Position numbers and translations under genes: made by a program. A DNA stretch of 64,000 nucleotides. It comes from an uncultured Acidobacteriota bacterium. Its GTDB lineage: Bacteria > Acidobacteriota > Vicinamibacteria > Marinacidobacterales > DATDRI01. The stretch spans positions 159,606-223,605 of the forward strand of contig CAVROO010000007.1 in assembly GCA_963722765.1 (NCBI GenBank), given 5' to 3'. Positions 1-10,745 of this stretch are shown here, in pieces (the first letter of the stretch is position 1; each line of letters opens with the position of its first letter). Below the pieces are notes generated by a model, which saw nothing but the letters and a program-made list of their open reading frames with translations, searched no databases and had not been told where the DNA came from.

Positions 1-511
1 ACTTGACGGGCCGAATCTGAAAAACGTGTTGAGGCCGCGGCGATGGAACCACCCGCCGCCATTTGTCACCGTCCGGCTTTACGACCAACCCTTTTCGGCC
101 GCCAGAAACTTGGCTTCTTTCTCGTCGTAGACGGGTCCGATGGGCTTGGTTGGATTGTCGAAAGCCGGGTCGTCCGGATCGACCTTGACCATCGTGAGGA
201 TGCTCGCGAGCGGCTGTTCGTACGGAAGAAGGTTCCCGAGCTCCTGCTCGATCATGTACCCGATCATCCCCTCGGTTTGCGCCCCGAGCACGTCGAGAGG
301 ATACGGCTCTACGTCCTTGAAAGCGGCAGCCTGCAGAGCGAGCAGTCCCACTTGAGGACCATTGCCGTGGGATATGACGAGCTCGTGTTTTTCTGCCAGA
401 GGGGCCAAAGACTCGGGCCGCAATGCGGACATTGCGCCGCTGGTTTTCCGCGGTCATCGGCTCGCCACGCCTCAAAAGGGCATTACCACCCAAAGCAACG
501 ACGATTCTCAT
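1..511 (-). pseudogene. arcC: carbamate kinase, 5' part, with at least two frameshifts; the 3' end runs off the window
   Basis: N-terminus [32 protein letters not shown] (start codon 511..509), then [19 protein letters not shown] and AEKGW in a second frame, then GDKWRRVVPSPRP in a third frame. Frame switches near 430 and near 80. Confidence 0.7.
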
Positions 512-637
512 CGACTCCACCCCCGAACCATGAAACCCCTTCACGTCAAGATTGCTTCACATAAGAATCGTAACAGCTTTGGAGAACTTTCGATGAGAGA
601 AATCGAGGGGAGGCCCCAGACCGCCCACCGGCCCACT

Positions 638-3196
638 CTATTCGTATCGCAGAGCGGTGATCGGATCGATTCGCGTTGCACGCCACGCCGGAACAGCGCT
701 TGCCAACAGGCCGACTGCCAATAAAAGGGTCGTGACAGCCGTGAATACGATGGGATCGGCGGCGCTGACCCCGTAGAGCAGGCTAGTGGCAACGCGGGCC
801 AAGGCGAAGCCGGCGGCGAGGCCGAGGGTCACGCCGATCAGGATTACTAGGGCTGCTTGTTTAACGACCATCGCGAGGGTGCCTGCTCGTGTCGCCCCGA
901 GAGCCATGCGGAGACCGATCTCTCTCGTGCGATGACTGACGGTGAAGGAAACGATTCCGTAGAGTCCCACAGCAACAAGGGCCAGCCCGACGATTCCGAA
1001 GAGCCCGACGATATGGGCCGCCATCTGCGTCGCCATGAAGGAGCTTTCGACATGTTCGTTCATCGTTCCAATGTCGAAAACGGGCAGGTTCTCATCTATG
1101 GCGCGAACCTCGGCGCGAAGCGTTGCCGCCGGACCGAGAGGATGGACCGTTGTGCGAGTCAACAAAGTCACAGCATTCGTCGCCGGTCTCTGGTAGAGGG
1201 GCAGAAACAAATATCCGACCGGATTTTCATCCAGACTTCGATACTTGCCATCCGCCGCGATGCCTATCACCTCGACCGCGGCTCTCTCTGGATTTCGTTC
1301 CGCCATGGGACCGCTGAGGTGAATGCGTTTATGGAGGGGATCCTCTCCCGGCCAGTAGAGCTCCGCAAATGTCTCGTTGACAATTGCAACGGGCCTCCCC
1401 GTCGAATCATCTTGCTCGGTGAAACTGCGACCTCGTACCACAGCGGTTCCCATCGTCTCGAAGTAGTTTGGACCCACGAGGCTATACAAGGAAACGATCT
1501 CGTCTTCTTCCTCGTTTCGAGTCTCGCGACCTTCGATACGGATACCAACAGATTCAGCGAAAAAGTCGAGAGGAAGAGGGGTGGCGAAAGAGGCCGCTTC
1601 CACCTCGGCGACGGACTCCGCGCGCGCTCGAAGGAGTCGGTAAAACTGCTCGGACCTCGTCTCGTCGTAGCCGTTCAAAGCGGGGTCGACCGACATCAAG
1701 AGCAAGTTGCCGGATTCGAATCCTGGATTGATCTCGGAGGCCTCTTGCAAACTGCGCAGAAACAATCCGGCACCGACCAAAACGACCACGGAGACGGCGA
1801 CTTGGGCGACGACCAGGCCGCCTCTCAGTCGAGAGCGAGTCACGCCCCTTGCCGACCCCGTTCCTTCACCCTTCAACGAGGGAACCAAATCGGGACGCGA
1901 AAGCCGCAGGGCCGGTATCAGACCGAAGACGACTCCGGTCGCGAAAGTGACGACGACGGCAAATCCCAAGAGACGCAGGTCGGCACCGAGATCGAAAAAG
2001 AACGGTATGTCGGTGGGAAGCTCTACGGCGGCCAACAGACGGCTGCCCCAAACGGCGAGCACCAACCCGCCCAGCCCGCCGAGCGTTGCCAGCACCACAC
2101 TCTCGGTGAGCATCTGACGAACCAAGCGCCATCGGCTCGCTCCCAGGGCCTGCCTCATGGCGATCTCCCGGTTCCGCGCCGTCGCTCGCGCCAGAAGCAG
2201 GTTGGCCACATTCGCACAGGCCACCAGAAGAACCATCCCGACAATGGCCATGATGACCGTCATGGCGAGAGTCAACATAGTGGCGGAGCCTGGGGCCGGC
2301 CGAGCTTCGCGTTCCCGGTACACTTGAATTCCGACACTCCGATTGGTGTCCGGGTACTCGAGCTCGAGTCCACGGGCCAGCGTTGTCATGGCTGCCTGCG
2401 TTTGTTCGACGCTCACACCATCGGCGAGCCGACCCACGACACGAAGCCAGCGCCGATTCCTGAGGTGAAGCATCTCCTGCCCGGAGCCCGGTGTGACCTG
2501 GTCGGCCATCATCATCGGCACCCAAGCCGCCGGTGAGAAGCCAACGACGAAAAGCCCGGTGAATCCCTTCGGCGCCACGCCGACCACCGTGAAGCTCACG
2601 CCGTTCAACTGGATCTCGCTACCGACGATCTCGGGATCGGAACCGAACCGGCTCTCCCAAAAAGCGTTGCTGAGCACCGTCACGGGGTTTCGTCCCGGAA
2701 CCTGGTCTTCTTCAGGGAGGAAGGAACGCCCGAGAGCGACCTCGACGCCCAGCACGTCGAAGTAATTGCCGGTGACGATCTCGCCATAAATGCGCTCGTT
2801 CCTGGCGCCGGCACTCAAGTTGAGAGCGCGCGGTTTATAGGCGAGCAAACCGGAAAGGACATCGTTGCCAATGCCGTCTCGATAGTCAACATAGTCCGCG
2901 TAGGAGAGATCGTAAGGATAGGGAGCTTCAGGTACTTCATTATATATACATACGAGATTGTCGGGCTCATCAACTGGTAGAGGCCGAAAAAGAAGCAAGT
3001 TGACGAGGTTGAAGATCACGGAGTTCGCGCCGATGCCGAGCGCCAGTGACAGTACCGCTACCGTCGTAAACCCGGGACTCTTCGCCAACATCCGGAACGC
3101 GAACCGTATATCCCTAATGAACGTCACCAGCGCCCTCCCTCGAGATAAGACCAGTCTCTTCAACCTTCTAACGATGTTACCGCCGCTCAGGTTCAA
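638..3196 (-). CDS. ABC transporter permease, FtsX/MacB-like ADOP family (duplicated FtsX domains), 852 aa
   Basis: Intact 852-aa ORF. N-terminal motif FAFRMLAKSPGFTTVAVLSLALGIGANSVIFNLVN is typical of Acidobacteria duplicated orphan permeases, with two FtsX-like TM bundles. Confidence 0.9.
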   Translation of the reverse strand: MNLSGGNIVRRLKRLVLSRGRALVTFIRDIRFAFRMLAKSPGFTTVAVLSLALGIGANSVIFNLVNLLLFRPLPVDEPDNLVCIYNEVPEAPYPYDLSYADYVDYRDGIGNDVLSGLLAYKPRALNLSAGARNERIYGEIVTGNYFDVLGVEVALGRSFLPEEDQVPGRNPVTVLSNAFWESRFGSDPEIVGSEIQLNGVSFTVVGVAPKGFTGLFVVGFSPAAWVPMMMADQVTPGSGQEMLHLRNRRWLRVVGRLADGVSVEQTQAAMTTLARGLELEYPDTNRSVGIQVYREREARPAPGSATMLTLAMTVIMAIVGMVLLVACANVANLLLARATARNREIAMRQALGASRWRLVRQMLTESVVLATLGGLGGLVLAVWGSRLLAAVELPTDIPFFFDLGADLRLLGFAVVVTFATGVVFGLIPALRLSRPDLVPSLKGEGTGSARGVTRSRLRGGLVVAQVAVSVVVLVGAGLFLRSLQEASEINPGFESGNLLLMSVDPALNGYDETRSEQFYRLLRARAESVAEVEAASFATPLPLDFFAESVGIRIEGRETRNEEEDEIVSLYSLVGPNYFETMGTAVVRGRSFTEQDDSTGRPVAIVNETFAELYWPGEDPLHKRIHLSGPMAERNPERAAVEVIGIAADGKYRSLDENPVGYLFLPLYQRPATNAVTLLTRTTVHPLGPAATLRAEVRAIDENLPVFDIGTMNEHVESSFMATQMAAHIVGLFGIVGLALVAVGLYGIVSFTVSHRTREIGLRMALGATRAGTLAMVVKQAALVILIGVTLGLAAGFALARVATSLLYGVSAADPIVFTAVTTLLLAVGLLASAVPAWRATRIDPITALRYE

Positions 3197-3283
3197 GGTT
3201 CCAGCAGTTTGAGTGAAAAAAGCCTCCTATTGGCGGATTGAGGTCGTCAGGGTATATTGGACATCTACGAAGGAGGGTTTCCT

Positions 3284-3853
3284 ATGACAATTAAGGCGCT
3301 CGGACGGCTGTTCTCGACAGGCTTTCTGGTAGGCGCGGCGCTTTTCGGTTCGAGCGCGACCGTGCTCGCGGCAGAGGTCTACACGGCCACGTTGGTTCGG
3401 CCCATGGGAGTCCGGGCGGACAAGGTCGCCCAACTCACGTTGACCATCGAGTCCTTCGCCACCGAGGAAGATGCGGAAAGATACCAGAAGGTACTCGCGG
3501 AGGAAGGCTCGGACGGCTTAATCAAAGTACTACGGGAAACCAAACGAGGGGTCGCCCAGGTTCAGGGTGACACGCCCCGCACTATCAACCACGTGCGTGT
3601 CTATGAAAGCGCGAATGGGTCGGCCCGCATCATTATCGTCACCGACCGGCCGCTTTTCTTCCCCGACGAAGAGCCCACACCGAGCTCGAGAGCCCATCTC
3701 GGATTCATTCAGCTCGATTTGAACAAAGACAGGGAGGGCGGAGGTAATTTAGCCGAGGTCGTTCAGATTGGCGTCGAGGAAGATGGTGGACTCCGGATCG
3801 GGTCTTCCGGTCGGAAACCCATCCTACTGAAGGACGTCCACCGGGAGCAGTGA
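3284..3853 (+). CDS. hypothetical secreted protein
   Basis: ORF with GGAGG Shine-Dalgarno 8 nt upstream of the ATG at 3284 and an N-terminal signal peptide MTIKALGRLFSTGFLVGAALFGSSATVLAAEV. No recognisable domain. Confidence 0.5.
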   Translation: MTIKALGRLFSTGFLVGAALFGSSATVLAAEVYTATLVRPMGVRADKVAQLTLTIESFATEEDAERYQKVLAEEGSDGLIKVLRETKRGVAQVQGDTPRTINHVRVYESANGSARIIIVTDRPLFFPDEEPTPSSRAHLGFIQLDLNKDREGGGNLAEVVQIGVEEDGGLRIGSSGRKPILLKDVHREQ

Positions 3854-3933
3854 GCCCACCTCCGGACAAGATCCCGTCCGGGACGGTTCTCGGGTACAAT
3901 ATGGAGTACGGTCGCATTCAGGAGGAAAAGTCC

Positions 3934-5262
3934 ATGTCACGCACCGTATGTACCCTTCGTCTACTTTCGAATTCTACGCTCGCTTCCCTTGCCCTTATAG
4001 CGGTCCTTGTTGCTATCGTGCCGCCAGCCGCCGGGCAGACCGAGGATTGCTCGACTCTGGGGAAAAACACGTTCGTTGCCGGTGCCTTGGACGAGTTCTA
4101 CCTCTGGTATCAAGAGATTCCCGACCTCAACCCGGCTCTTTTCGACTCGCCCGAAGCCTATCTCGAAGCGGCCCGTTTTCGGCCGCTCGATGAGAGCTTT
4201 AGCTACATCGCCGGCCGCGCCGCGAGCGAAGCTTATTATTCGGATAGCCAATTCATAGGTATTGGCTTCAGCATGAAACAAACCGGGCCGACCGAGATCC
4301 GGATCTCGCAGGTTTTCCCGGAGAGTCCTGCCTCGGAAGCCGGATTCGTCCGAGGCGACACCCTCATCGCAATCAACGGGAGGCCGGTGCCGGATCTGAT
4401 AGAAAACGGGCAGTTTGGTGTCGAGCTCGGCCCTAACACAGATGGATACTCAATCGAGCTTACTTGGCGCATGCGTCGCGGTGGAGAAAAGACCGCGACG
4501 GTCACCAAGCGACCCGTCACCATACCGACGGTATCCCAGACGGAGGTGTTCGACCTCAACGGTTTGCCCGTCGGCTACATTCACTTCCGGAACTTCGTCG
4601 AGCCCTCGATACCAGCCCTCGACTCCGCCTTCACCGAATTCCGAGCTCGCGGTGTCGTCAACGTGATCCTCGACCTGCGTTATAACGGAGGCGGGCTCAT
4701 CAGCGTTGCCCAACATCTGGGCAGTCTCATCGGCGGTGCAGGTACGTTCAACCGAGTCTTCGTCGAGTTCATCCACAACGACAAGAACACTTCTCGAAAC
4801 CAAAGCATCTTGTTCGAAGATCCACCGTCGGCCCTCGACCTCCGGCGGCTGATCGTCATCACCACTCAGGCCTCGGCGTCGGCCAGTGAGCTCATCATCA
4901 ACGGTCTCAAGCCATTCATTCCGGTGACGGTCGTGGGAGACAGGACCTACGGAAAACCGGTCGGTCAGTACGGTTTCGAGTTCTGCGACAAGGTTCTATT
5001 CCCCGTTTCCTTCCGTAGCGCCAACGCATCGGGGCAAAGTGATTTCTTCAACGGTTTTCCCGCCGACTGCCCGGCGGGGGACGATCTGAACCGGCCGCTG
5101 GGGAATGGTGAAGAGGATTCACTTGCCGAGGCCCTACACGTTCTCCAAACCGGGGCGTGTAGCACTCAATCCGTTGCAGCGGGCCGGCTCTTGGCCCAAC
5201 GCACCTCGGAGAAGCGAGCGATCGAGCGGGATGGTTGGCGCCGGCTCGTCAACGCCTGGTAG
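3934..5262 (+). CDS. S41 family C-terminal processing peptidase with PDZ domain
   Basis: Signal peptide after M at 3934 (SD GGAGG upstream). PDZ-like GFVRGDTLIAINGRPV. S41 motifs LDLRYNGGG and TTQASASASE (catalytic Ser). Confidence 0.85.
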   Translation: MSRTVCTLRLLSNSTLASLALIAVLVAIVPPAAGQTEDCSTLGKNTFVAGALDEFYLWYQEIPDLNPALFDSPEAYLEAARFRPLDESFSYIAGRAASEAYYSDSQFIGIGFSMKQTGPTEIRISQVFPESPASEAGFVRGDTLIAINGRPVPDLIENGQFGVELGPNTDGYSIELTWRMRRGGEKTATVTKRPVTIPTVSQTEVFDLNGLPVGYIHFRNFVEPSIPALDSAFTEFRARGVVNVILDLRYNGGGLISVAQHLGSLIGGAGTFNRVFVEFIHNDKNTSRNQSILFEDPPSALDLRRLIVITTQASASASELIINGLKPFIPVTVVGDRTYGKPVGQYGFEFCDKVLFPVSFRSANASGQSDFFNGFPADCPAGDDLNRPLGNGEEDSLAEALHVLQTGACSTQSVAAGRLLAQRTSEKRAIERDGWRRLVNAW

Positions 5263-5279
5263 ACCTCAGCCCAAGAACC

Positions 5280-7091
5280 CTAAGAAAGCCGTCTCAGACG
5301 CTGGTTCGCTTTGAGGATCTTCTTTCTCAATCGAATCGATCTCGGCGTGACTTCGATCGCCTCGTCGTTCCGTATGAAATCCATCGCCAGTTCCAGGTTC
5401 AGAATCCGGGGAGGAACGAGGCGGATGGCCTCATCCGCCGCCGCGGCTCGGATGTTGGTTTGCTTCTTTTCTTTGACGATGTTGACGTTCAGATCCGCGT
5501 CACGCGAGTTTTCTCCTACAATCATTCCTTCGTAAACCTCGGTGCCGGGAGTCACGAACATCTCCCCGCGCTCTTGAAGGTTGTAGATGGCATAGCCGGT
5601 GGCCTTACCCGGTCGATCTGCGACGAGGGAACCGGTGGGACGCATGGGTATGTCTCCTTGCCAATCGATGTAGCCTTTGAACAAGGAGTTCATGATGGCC
5701 GTGCCCTTTGTATCGATCAGGACCTCGCTACGTAACCCGATCAATCCGCGAGAGGGAACATCGAACCTGAGCCGCACCCGCCCCGAACCGTGATTCACCA
5801 TCTTGGTCATGGTGCCTTTTCGGACTCCGAGCTTCTGCATGATTTCTCCGAGAAACTCCTCGGGACAATCAACGGTCAAGTGCTCGAGGGGTTCTTGAAG
5901 CCTGCCGTTTTTTTCGCGGGTGACGATCTCGGGCTTGCCCACGGTCAACTCGTATCCTTCCCTACGCATCATCTCGATGAGAATCGCCAGTTGCAGCTCT
6001 CCCCGCCCCTTTACCTTGAAGGTTTCGCCACTTCCTGCCTCGACGACGATGGAGACGTTGGTCAGCAGTTCCTTGGCGAGTCGCTCGCGGATGTTGCGGG
6101 AGGTGACGAACGTTCCTTCCCGTCCGGCGAAAGGTGAAGAATTGACGCTGAAGCTCATTGCGATGGTCGGCTGGTCGATGAGGATCGGCTGCATGGGCTC
6201 CGGGGTATCCACAGAGGTCACGGTCTCACCGATGTTGATCCCTTCAACGCCGGCGATGGCAAGGATGTCGCCGGGACCTGCGCATTGCTTCTCGACGCGG
6301 TCGAGGCCCTCGAAAGCGAACATCTTGGTGATCCGGGTCTTTTGGATATCCCCACTCAGCTTACAGATGCCGACTTCATCACCGAGGTTCAGTGTCCCGG
6401 CAAAGACCCGTCCGATGGCCATGCGCCCGAGGTATTCGTTGTAGTCCAGATTGGCCACTTGGAGACGGAGCACCTTTTCCGGGTCACCCTGGGGCGCCGG
6501 TATAGATTCGATAATGGTCTCGAAAAGCGGCCGTAGATCGCGTGAATCGTCTTCCAGGTCCCGCTTGGCGATTCCAGCTTTGGCGTTGGCAAAGAGAATC
6601 GGAAAATCGAGTTGGTCCTCCCCGGCATCGAGATCAATGAAGAGATCGAAGACTTCATTGATGACTTCCTGCGCGCGGGCGTCGGAACGATCGATCTTGT
6701 TGATGACCAGGATCGGCGGAAGCTTGTCCTCGAGCGCTTTGGTGAGAACGTAACGCGTTTGGGGCAACGGGCCCTCGCTAGCATCGACAAGCAGCATGAC
6801 CCCGTCGACGAGCTTGAGCGCCCTTTCGACTTCCCCGCCAAAGTCGGCGTGGCCGGGCGTATCCACGATGTTGATCTTGACGCCCCCATAGCGGATGCCG
6901 GTCAACTTGGAGAGGATGGTGATCCCGCGTTCCCGCTCGAGGTCGATGTTGTCCATGACCCGCTCAGCGACATTTCGATGTTTCCCGAACATACCACTCT
7001 GGTGAAGCATGCCATCCACCAAAGTCGTCTTGCCGTGATCGACGTGCGCGATGATGGCGATATTTCGAATGGAGCTTTGCTTTTCGTCCAT
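5280..7091 (-). CDS. typA: translational GTPase TypA/BipA
   Basis: [20 protein letters not shown]1 motif, [19 protein letters not shown]. Full-length intact ~600 aa ORF. Start chosen at MDEKQSS. Confidence 0.95.
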   Translation of the reverse strand: MDEKQSSIRNIAIIAHVDHGKTTLVDGMLHQSGMFGKHRNVAERVMDNIDLERERGITILSKLTGIRYGGVKINIVDTPGHADFGGEVERALKLVDGVMLLVDASEGPLPQTRYVLTKALEDKLPPILVINKIDRSDARAQEVINEVFDLFIDLDAGEDQLDFPILFANAKAGIAKRDLEDDSRDLRPLFETIIESIPAPQGDPEKVLRLQVANLDYNEYLGRMAIGRVFAGTLNLGDEVGICKLSGDIQKTRITKMFAFEGLDRVEKQCAGPGDILAIAGVEGINIGETVTSVDTPEPMQPILIDQPTIAMSFSVNSSPFAGREGTFVTSRNIRERLAKELLTNVSIVVEAGSGETFKVKGRGELQLAILIEMMRREGYELTVGKPEIVTREKNGRLQEPLEHLTVDCPEEFLGEIMQKLGVRKGTMTKMVNHGSGRVRLRFDVPSRGLIGLRSEVLIDTKGTAIMNSLFKGYIDWQGDIPMRPTGSLVADRPGKATGYAIYNLQERGEMFVTPGTEVYEGMIVGENSRDADLNVNIVKEKKQTNIRAAAADEAIRLVPPRILNLELAMDFIRNDEAIEVTPRSIRLRKKILKANQRLRRLS

Positions 7092-7198
7092 AACTGAATC
7101 CGTCCTAACAGACACTGCATATTAGCACGGAGCTAACAACTGCCAGTTATAGACGATCGACGCGGCGCGGTCGAGGTTACTGTTGAATCCCGGGCCGC

Positions 7199-7855
7199 TT
7201 AGCCGGGCTGGATATCGGTGATGACCCACCGGGATCGAGCGTTGTTGCTCTGTTTGTCCGTCAGATTATAGTTTTTCAACGTGATGCGATAGGGCTTCCC
7301 GTTCACGTTGACTTGCGCTTCTTTGACCGCGACATCACCATCGAGTTGGTCGGTCACCGTAGCGCCCATGAGAGAAATACCGGCCGCCGATTTTTCTCGG
7401 CTCAGCACTCGGTTGGCTACCTCCAGGGCTTTTTCCGCCTCTTCCCCCCTCTTCCGGATGTCGGTGAACTTCTGTTGGAACTCCGCGAGGTCGCCCTCGA
7501 GCTCGGCGTCGGGATCCTTCTCGATGGCGGCTTGGTATCGCTTGTACAGGTGCTGGTTGTCGGAAACGTACAGGTAGTCCTCCTCGGCAATATTCTTCAA
7601 ATCCATCTCGGCCAACCGTTTCGTAAGCGTCATTTCTTTGAGCGCGAACGGAACGACGGATTCGGGACCGATCTCGACGACCTCCCAGGAAGCAACTTTC
7701 TCGGGGAACTCCACCGCCGAAACGGCGGCCATCGCCGGGTTGTCACCGTTTCTACAGGCTTTAAAGTAAGTATTGAGAGCCTGTTGGTCCGGTCCTCCGC
7801 AGGAGACGAGAAAAACGAGGGTCAATAGGAGCAAAAACGTCTTGTGCCTGAGCAT
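7199..7855 (-). CDS. hypothetical lipoprotein
   Basis: Signal peptide with lipobox LVSCGG. Charged coiled-coil-like body. No known domain recognised. Confidence 0.6.
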   Translation of the reverse strand: MLRHKTFLLLLTLVFLVSCGGPDQQALNTYFKACRNGDNPAMAAVSAVEFPEKVASWEVVEIGPESVVPFALKEMTLTKRLAEMDLKNIAEEDYLYVSDNQHLYKRYQAAIEKDPDAELEGDLAEFQQKFTDIRKRGEEAEKALEVANRVLSREKSAAGISLMGATVTDQLDGDVAVKEAQVNVNGKPYRITLKNYNLTDKQSNNARSRWVITDIQPG

Positions 7856-8029
7856 CGTGCACCTCCAAGGATGGATAGGATATGGATGATGTCGTTGCTA
7901 GGTGTCTCGGGATCGCCTTCGAATCGAGGCCGAGGTTAACATGAGACGCTACGGACAGACAAGGGCAACCTCGGCTTCCCGGGAACCTTCCGCCGGTTTT
8001 TTGGCTCTAAATGTAAGAGGAGACGCACA

Positions 8030-8503
8030 ATGACTTCCATGGACGCTACCATCCGAGTTGACCGGCAGGACCGCATACTACGGGCCGCCGTGATGGCCGC
8101 AATCGTGAGTCCGCTCACCGCGCAGATAGCAGCAGGGTTTCTCGCCCGGCTTCAGGACTTTTTTTGTCCGGCCAACTTTCTACCTATTTACGCCGCCAGC
8201 TTCGCCGTGCTTGCACCCGGTTTCTTCATGATTGGACTCGCCGGCGCCGACGCGGCATTTAAGCTCGGCGATCGCGGACTGTCCCGAACACAGTTATTGC
8301 TCGTGCTTGCAGCGGCTGGGGGAATCTTTGGAGCCCTTTATTTCGAGAGTCTGGCTTTCGCCGTTCGATGGCTCTTTGCAGACTACGCACCTTTGATGAC
8401 CCTACCGGGACTGCGGCTTGCCCTTTCCTTGGCGGCAGCGCTCGGTTCGAGTTGGAGCGTCCTCTTCCGTCCTGACGAAACGCCCGCCTTGAGCCTTAGA
8501 TAG
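8030..8503 (+). CDS. hypothetical membrane protein
   Basis: 157-aa ORF with a good SD (AAGAGGAGA) and several hydrophobic helices. No homolog recognised. Confidence 0.4.
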   Translation: MTSMDATIRVDRQDRILRAAVMAAIVSPLTAQIAAGFLARLQDFFCPANFLPIYAASFAVLAPGFFMIGLAGADAAFKLGDRGLSRTQLLLVLAAAGGIFGALYFESLAFAVRWLFADYAPLMTLPGLRLALSLAAALGSSWSVLFRPDETPALSLR

Positions 8504-8627
8504 TCCATCTCGACCAAATTCTCGACAACACCCCCTGGGATTGAGATCAGGATTTCGCGCGCAACGTACTTCAGCTAAACTGAACAAGGCAGCTAAGAAC
8601 AACTCAACAGATTACCTGGAGGAGCCT

Positions 8628-9310
8628 ATGCGCTTCATGTCCACCGTCCTATGCTTGCTATTCGTATCTTCCTACTCACTCGCCGGTGGCAAGAAGGAGA
8701 ACGAGCGCCTGCAAAAGCAGCCACCGTGCTCGAAGAGATTCTCGACATGCCCGACGGTTTGTCCGCCGAGCTTCTCGACAAGGCGGAATGTGTCGTCGTC
8801 TTGCCCTCCGTCAAGAAGTTTGCCCTGGGCATTGGAGGCAAGTACGGACGAGGAGCGATGGTTTGTCGCGAAGGCAAGGATTTCCAAGGTCCTTGGGGAC
8901 CGCCCGTCATGATGGCCTTGGAAGGAGGTAACATCGGATTTCAGATTGGGGGACAAGCCACCGATTTCCTCCTCCTCGTGATGAACGAGAAAGGCGCGAA
9001 CTCGGTCCTCAAGAGCAAGGTCAAGCTCGGAGCCGACGCTTCAGCCGCGGCCGGTCCCAAGGGTCGAACCGCCGAGGCCTCCACCGATGCCTATATGACC
9101 GCCGAGTATCCGCTACTCCCGTTCACGGGGACTCTTCGCCGGGGTCTCATTGGACGGCTCGACACTCCGACCAGATAACGGAGCCAACGAAGATATCTAC
9201 GGTCGTGAGGTCGAAGCGCGGGAAATCGTCATGGAAGGAAAGGTTCCGATTACAGCACCGGGGCGCCACCTCGTGGAGCTGTTACAGCAAGCGTCGCCCA
9301 AGAACTTATC
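8628..9310 (+). CDS. SYLF (Ysc84/DUF500) domain lipid-binding protein, with two frameshifts
   Basis: GGAGGAG SD, then MRFMSTVLCLLFVSSYSLAGG signal peptide. SYLF motifs LLDKAECVVVLPSVKKFALGIGGKYGRGAMVCR, GFQIGGQATDFLLLVMN and LGADASAAAGPKG sit in a second frame. C-terminal YSRSRGLFAGVSLDGSTL sits in a third frame. The first shift is at an A-run near 8716, where adding one A restores the frame. Confidence 0.75.
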
Positions 9311-9351
9311 TAATAATTAGCCTGGGCATTCTTCACAAACGCTATTTGAAC

Positions 9352-10395
9352 CTAATGGCCGAAGTGCACCTCAGCGATAGCGATCCCACTTTCGCCGGCC
9401 ACGGCGTAAAGCAGGAAGGTTCGTCCGTCTTCCTCGTGGACCGCCGGGTCACGTAGTTGGTTGACCTTGCCGAAAGCGGTGCTTCGCACGGACGGCTCGA
9501 GCGGCGCGTTCGCGCCCTCCCAGTCGCGTTCCGGTCGGAGCACTTCGACCGGTTCGGTCTCGGACCAAGTGGTCCACTCGCCCGAGATATCGATGATGCT
9601 CAAAAGGATTCGCTCCGGCGCGTGGCCGACCTGTGTCCAAAAGACATAGAGCGTGTTTCCTCGTTTCAAGAGGGCCGCGTGGCGCATGTCGGAGTTGAAG
9701 AGCAACGGCCCCTCCTCGAATCCAGTCAAACCATCGTTGGACCGGTAAAACTGGCCCGGCATCGACATGGCGTATCGGTATCCCTCATGCTGAAACACTC
9801 GCATGTAAGTCCGGCCGAGCACTTCCGGACGCGCCTCGAACCGGATCCCGTCCCGGGAGATAGCCACCCGTGTCACCTGTCGGTCGACACCATCGAGACC
9901 ATGGAGGTACATGAGGATCCGACGATTTGCTTCGTTCAACATAAACGTCTGGTGACGCGATGTGCGGTGTCGTGATCTCGCTCAACAGGCTGTGGGACAA
10001 AGTCACACCCCTCTTCTCACGCGCAGCGCGGGCCCGCTCGAGCTCTGCAGGCGACACTTCGGGGGCTCCGTCAGGAATTGGGAATCCTCGATCTGCAGAC
10101 TACCCGGCCGGTGGATCGTCCAGGGACCGAGTAGGGCGTCGGCGTAAGCGAGCCGGATATAACGGCCTTTGTGATCGGCGAAGTAAAGGTAATACTTGCC
10201 GAGCGGCGCCTCGATCCAGTCGGGAACCCGGATGAGCGACGGCCCCTGGATGTTCTCCCCAATGCTTGGATGAAGCGCAGGTGTGATGATCGGAGCATCC
10301 GCAAGGCGCTCGATACGCACGGAGGGTTCTTGCGCGTACCCACGAGCTCCTACGATGAGACAGATCGCAACCGCGACACTAACAATGAAATACAT
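9352..10395 (-). CDS. secreted glycoside-hydrolase-like five-bladed beta-propeller protein (GH43/GH32-like), one frameshift
   Basis: N-terminal signal peptide plus GPSLIRVPDW...YYLYFADHKG...LLGPWT in ORF 10003..10395. C-terminal blades LYVFWTQVG...RDPAVHEEDGRTFLLYAV in ORF 9352..9942. The two frames join near 9950-10000. Confidence 0.55.
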
Positions 10396-10745
10396 CGATC
10401 AGATATCACGACCTCTCCTCCTGATTAGTCTGAGCGGATCAATTATAGGAGAAATCGAGATCGAGAAGTTCGCTGGTACTGGAGAGGCATGGCGGGGTCG
10501 CCAAACAGATGGTAGATGCTCAACAGCTCAGGCAACCGACCCGTATCGGCGCAAGCCGCTTGAGCCGCTACGAGTCCCGGAAAGTGCCTTTCGAAGAAGT
10601 CCTCGAAAGCTTCCTCCTCCCCGGCCAGCATTCTCTCGACGAGATGCTTATCGCCCATCTCGGTTTGCCCTTATAGCAATCAGCTCCCCTCCCTTTCGTT
10701 AGTTTTAGAGGGGCGTTCACACGGAAATCTCGGTCAGAGCCCGTT

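Noticed and set aside
857-2536. 559-aa ORF on the + strand
   Set aside because: It is entirely antisense to the strongly conserved ADOP permease gene, has low-complexity Arg/Ser/Gly-rich composition and no recognisable motifs. This is a typical shadow ORF in high-GC DNA.
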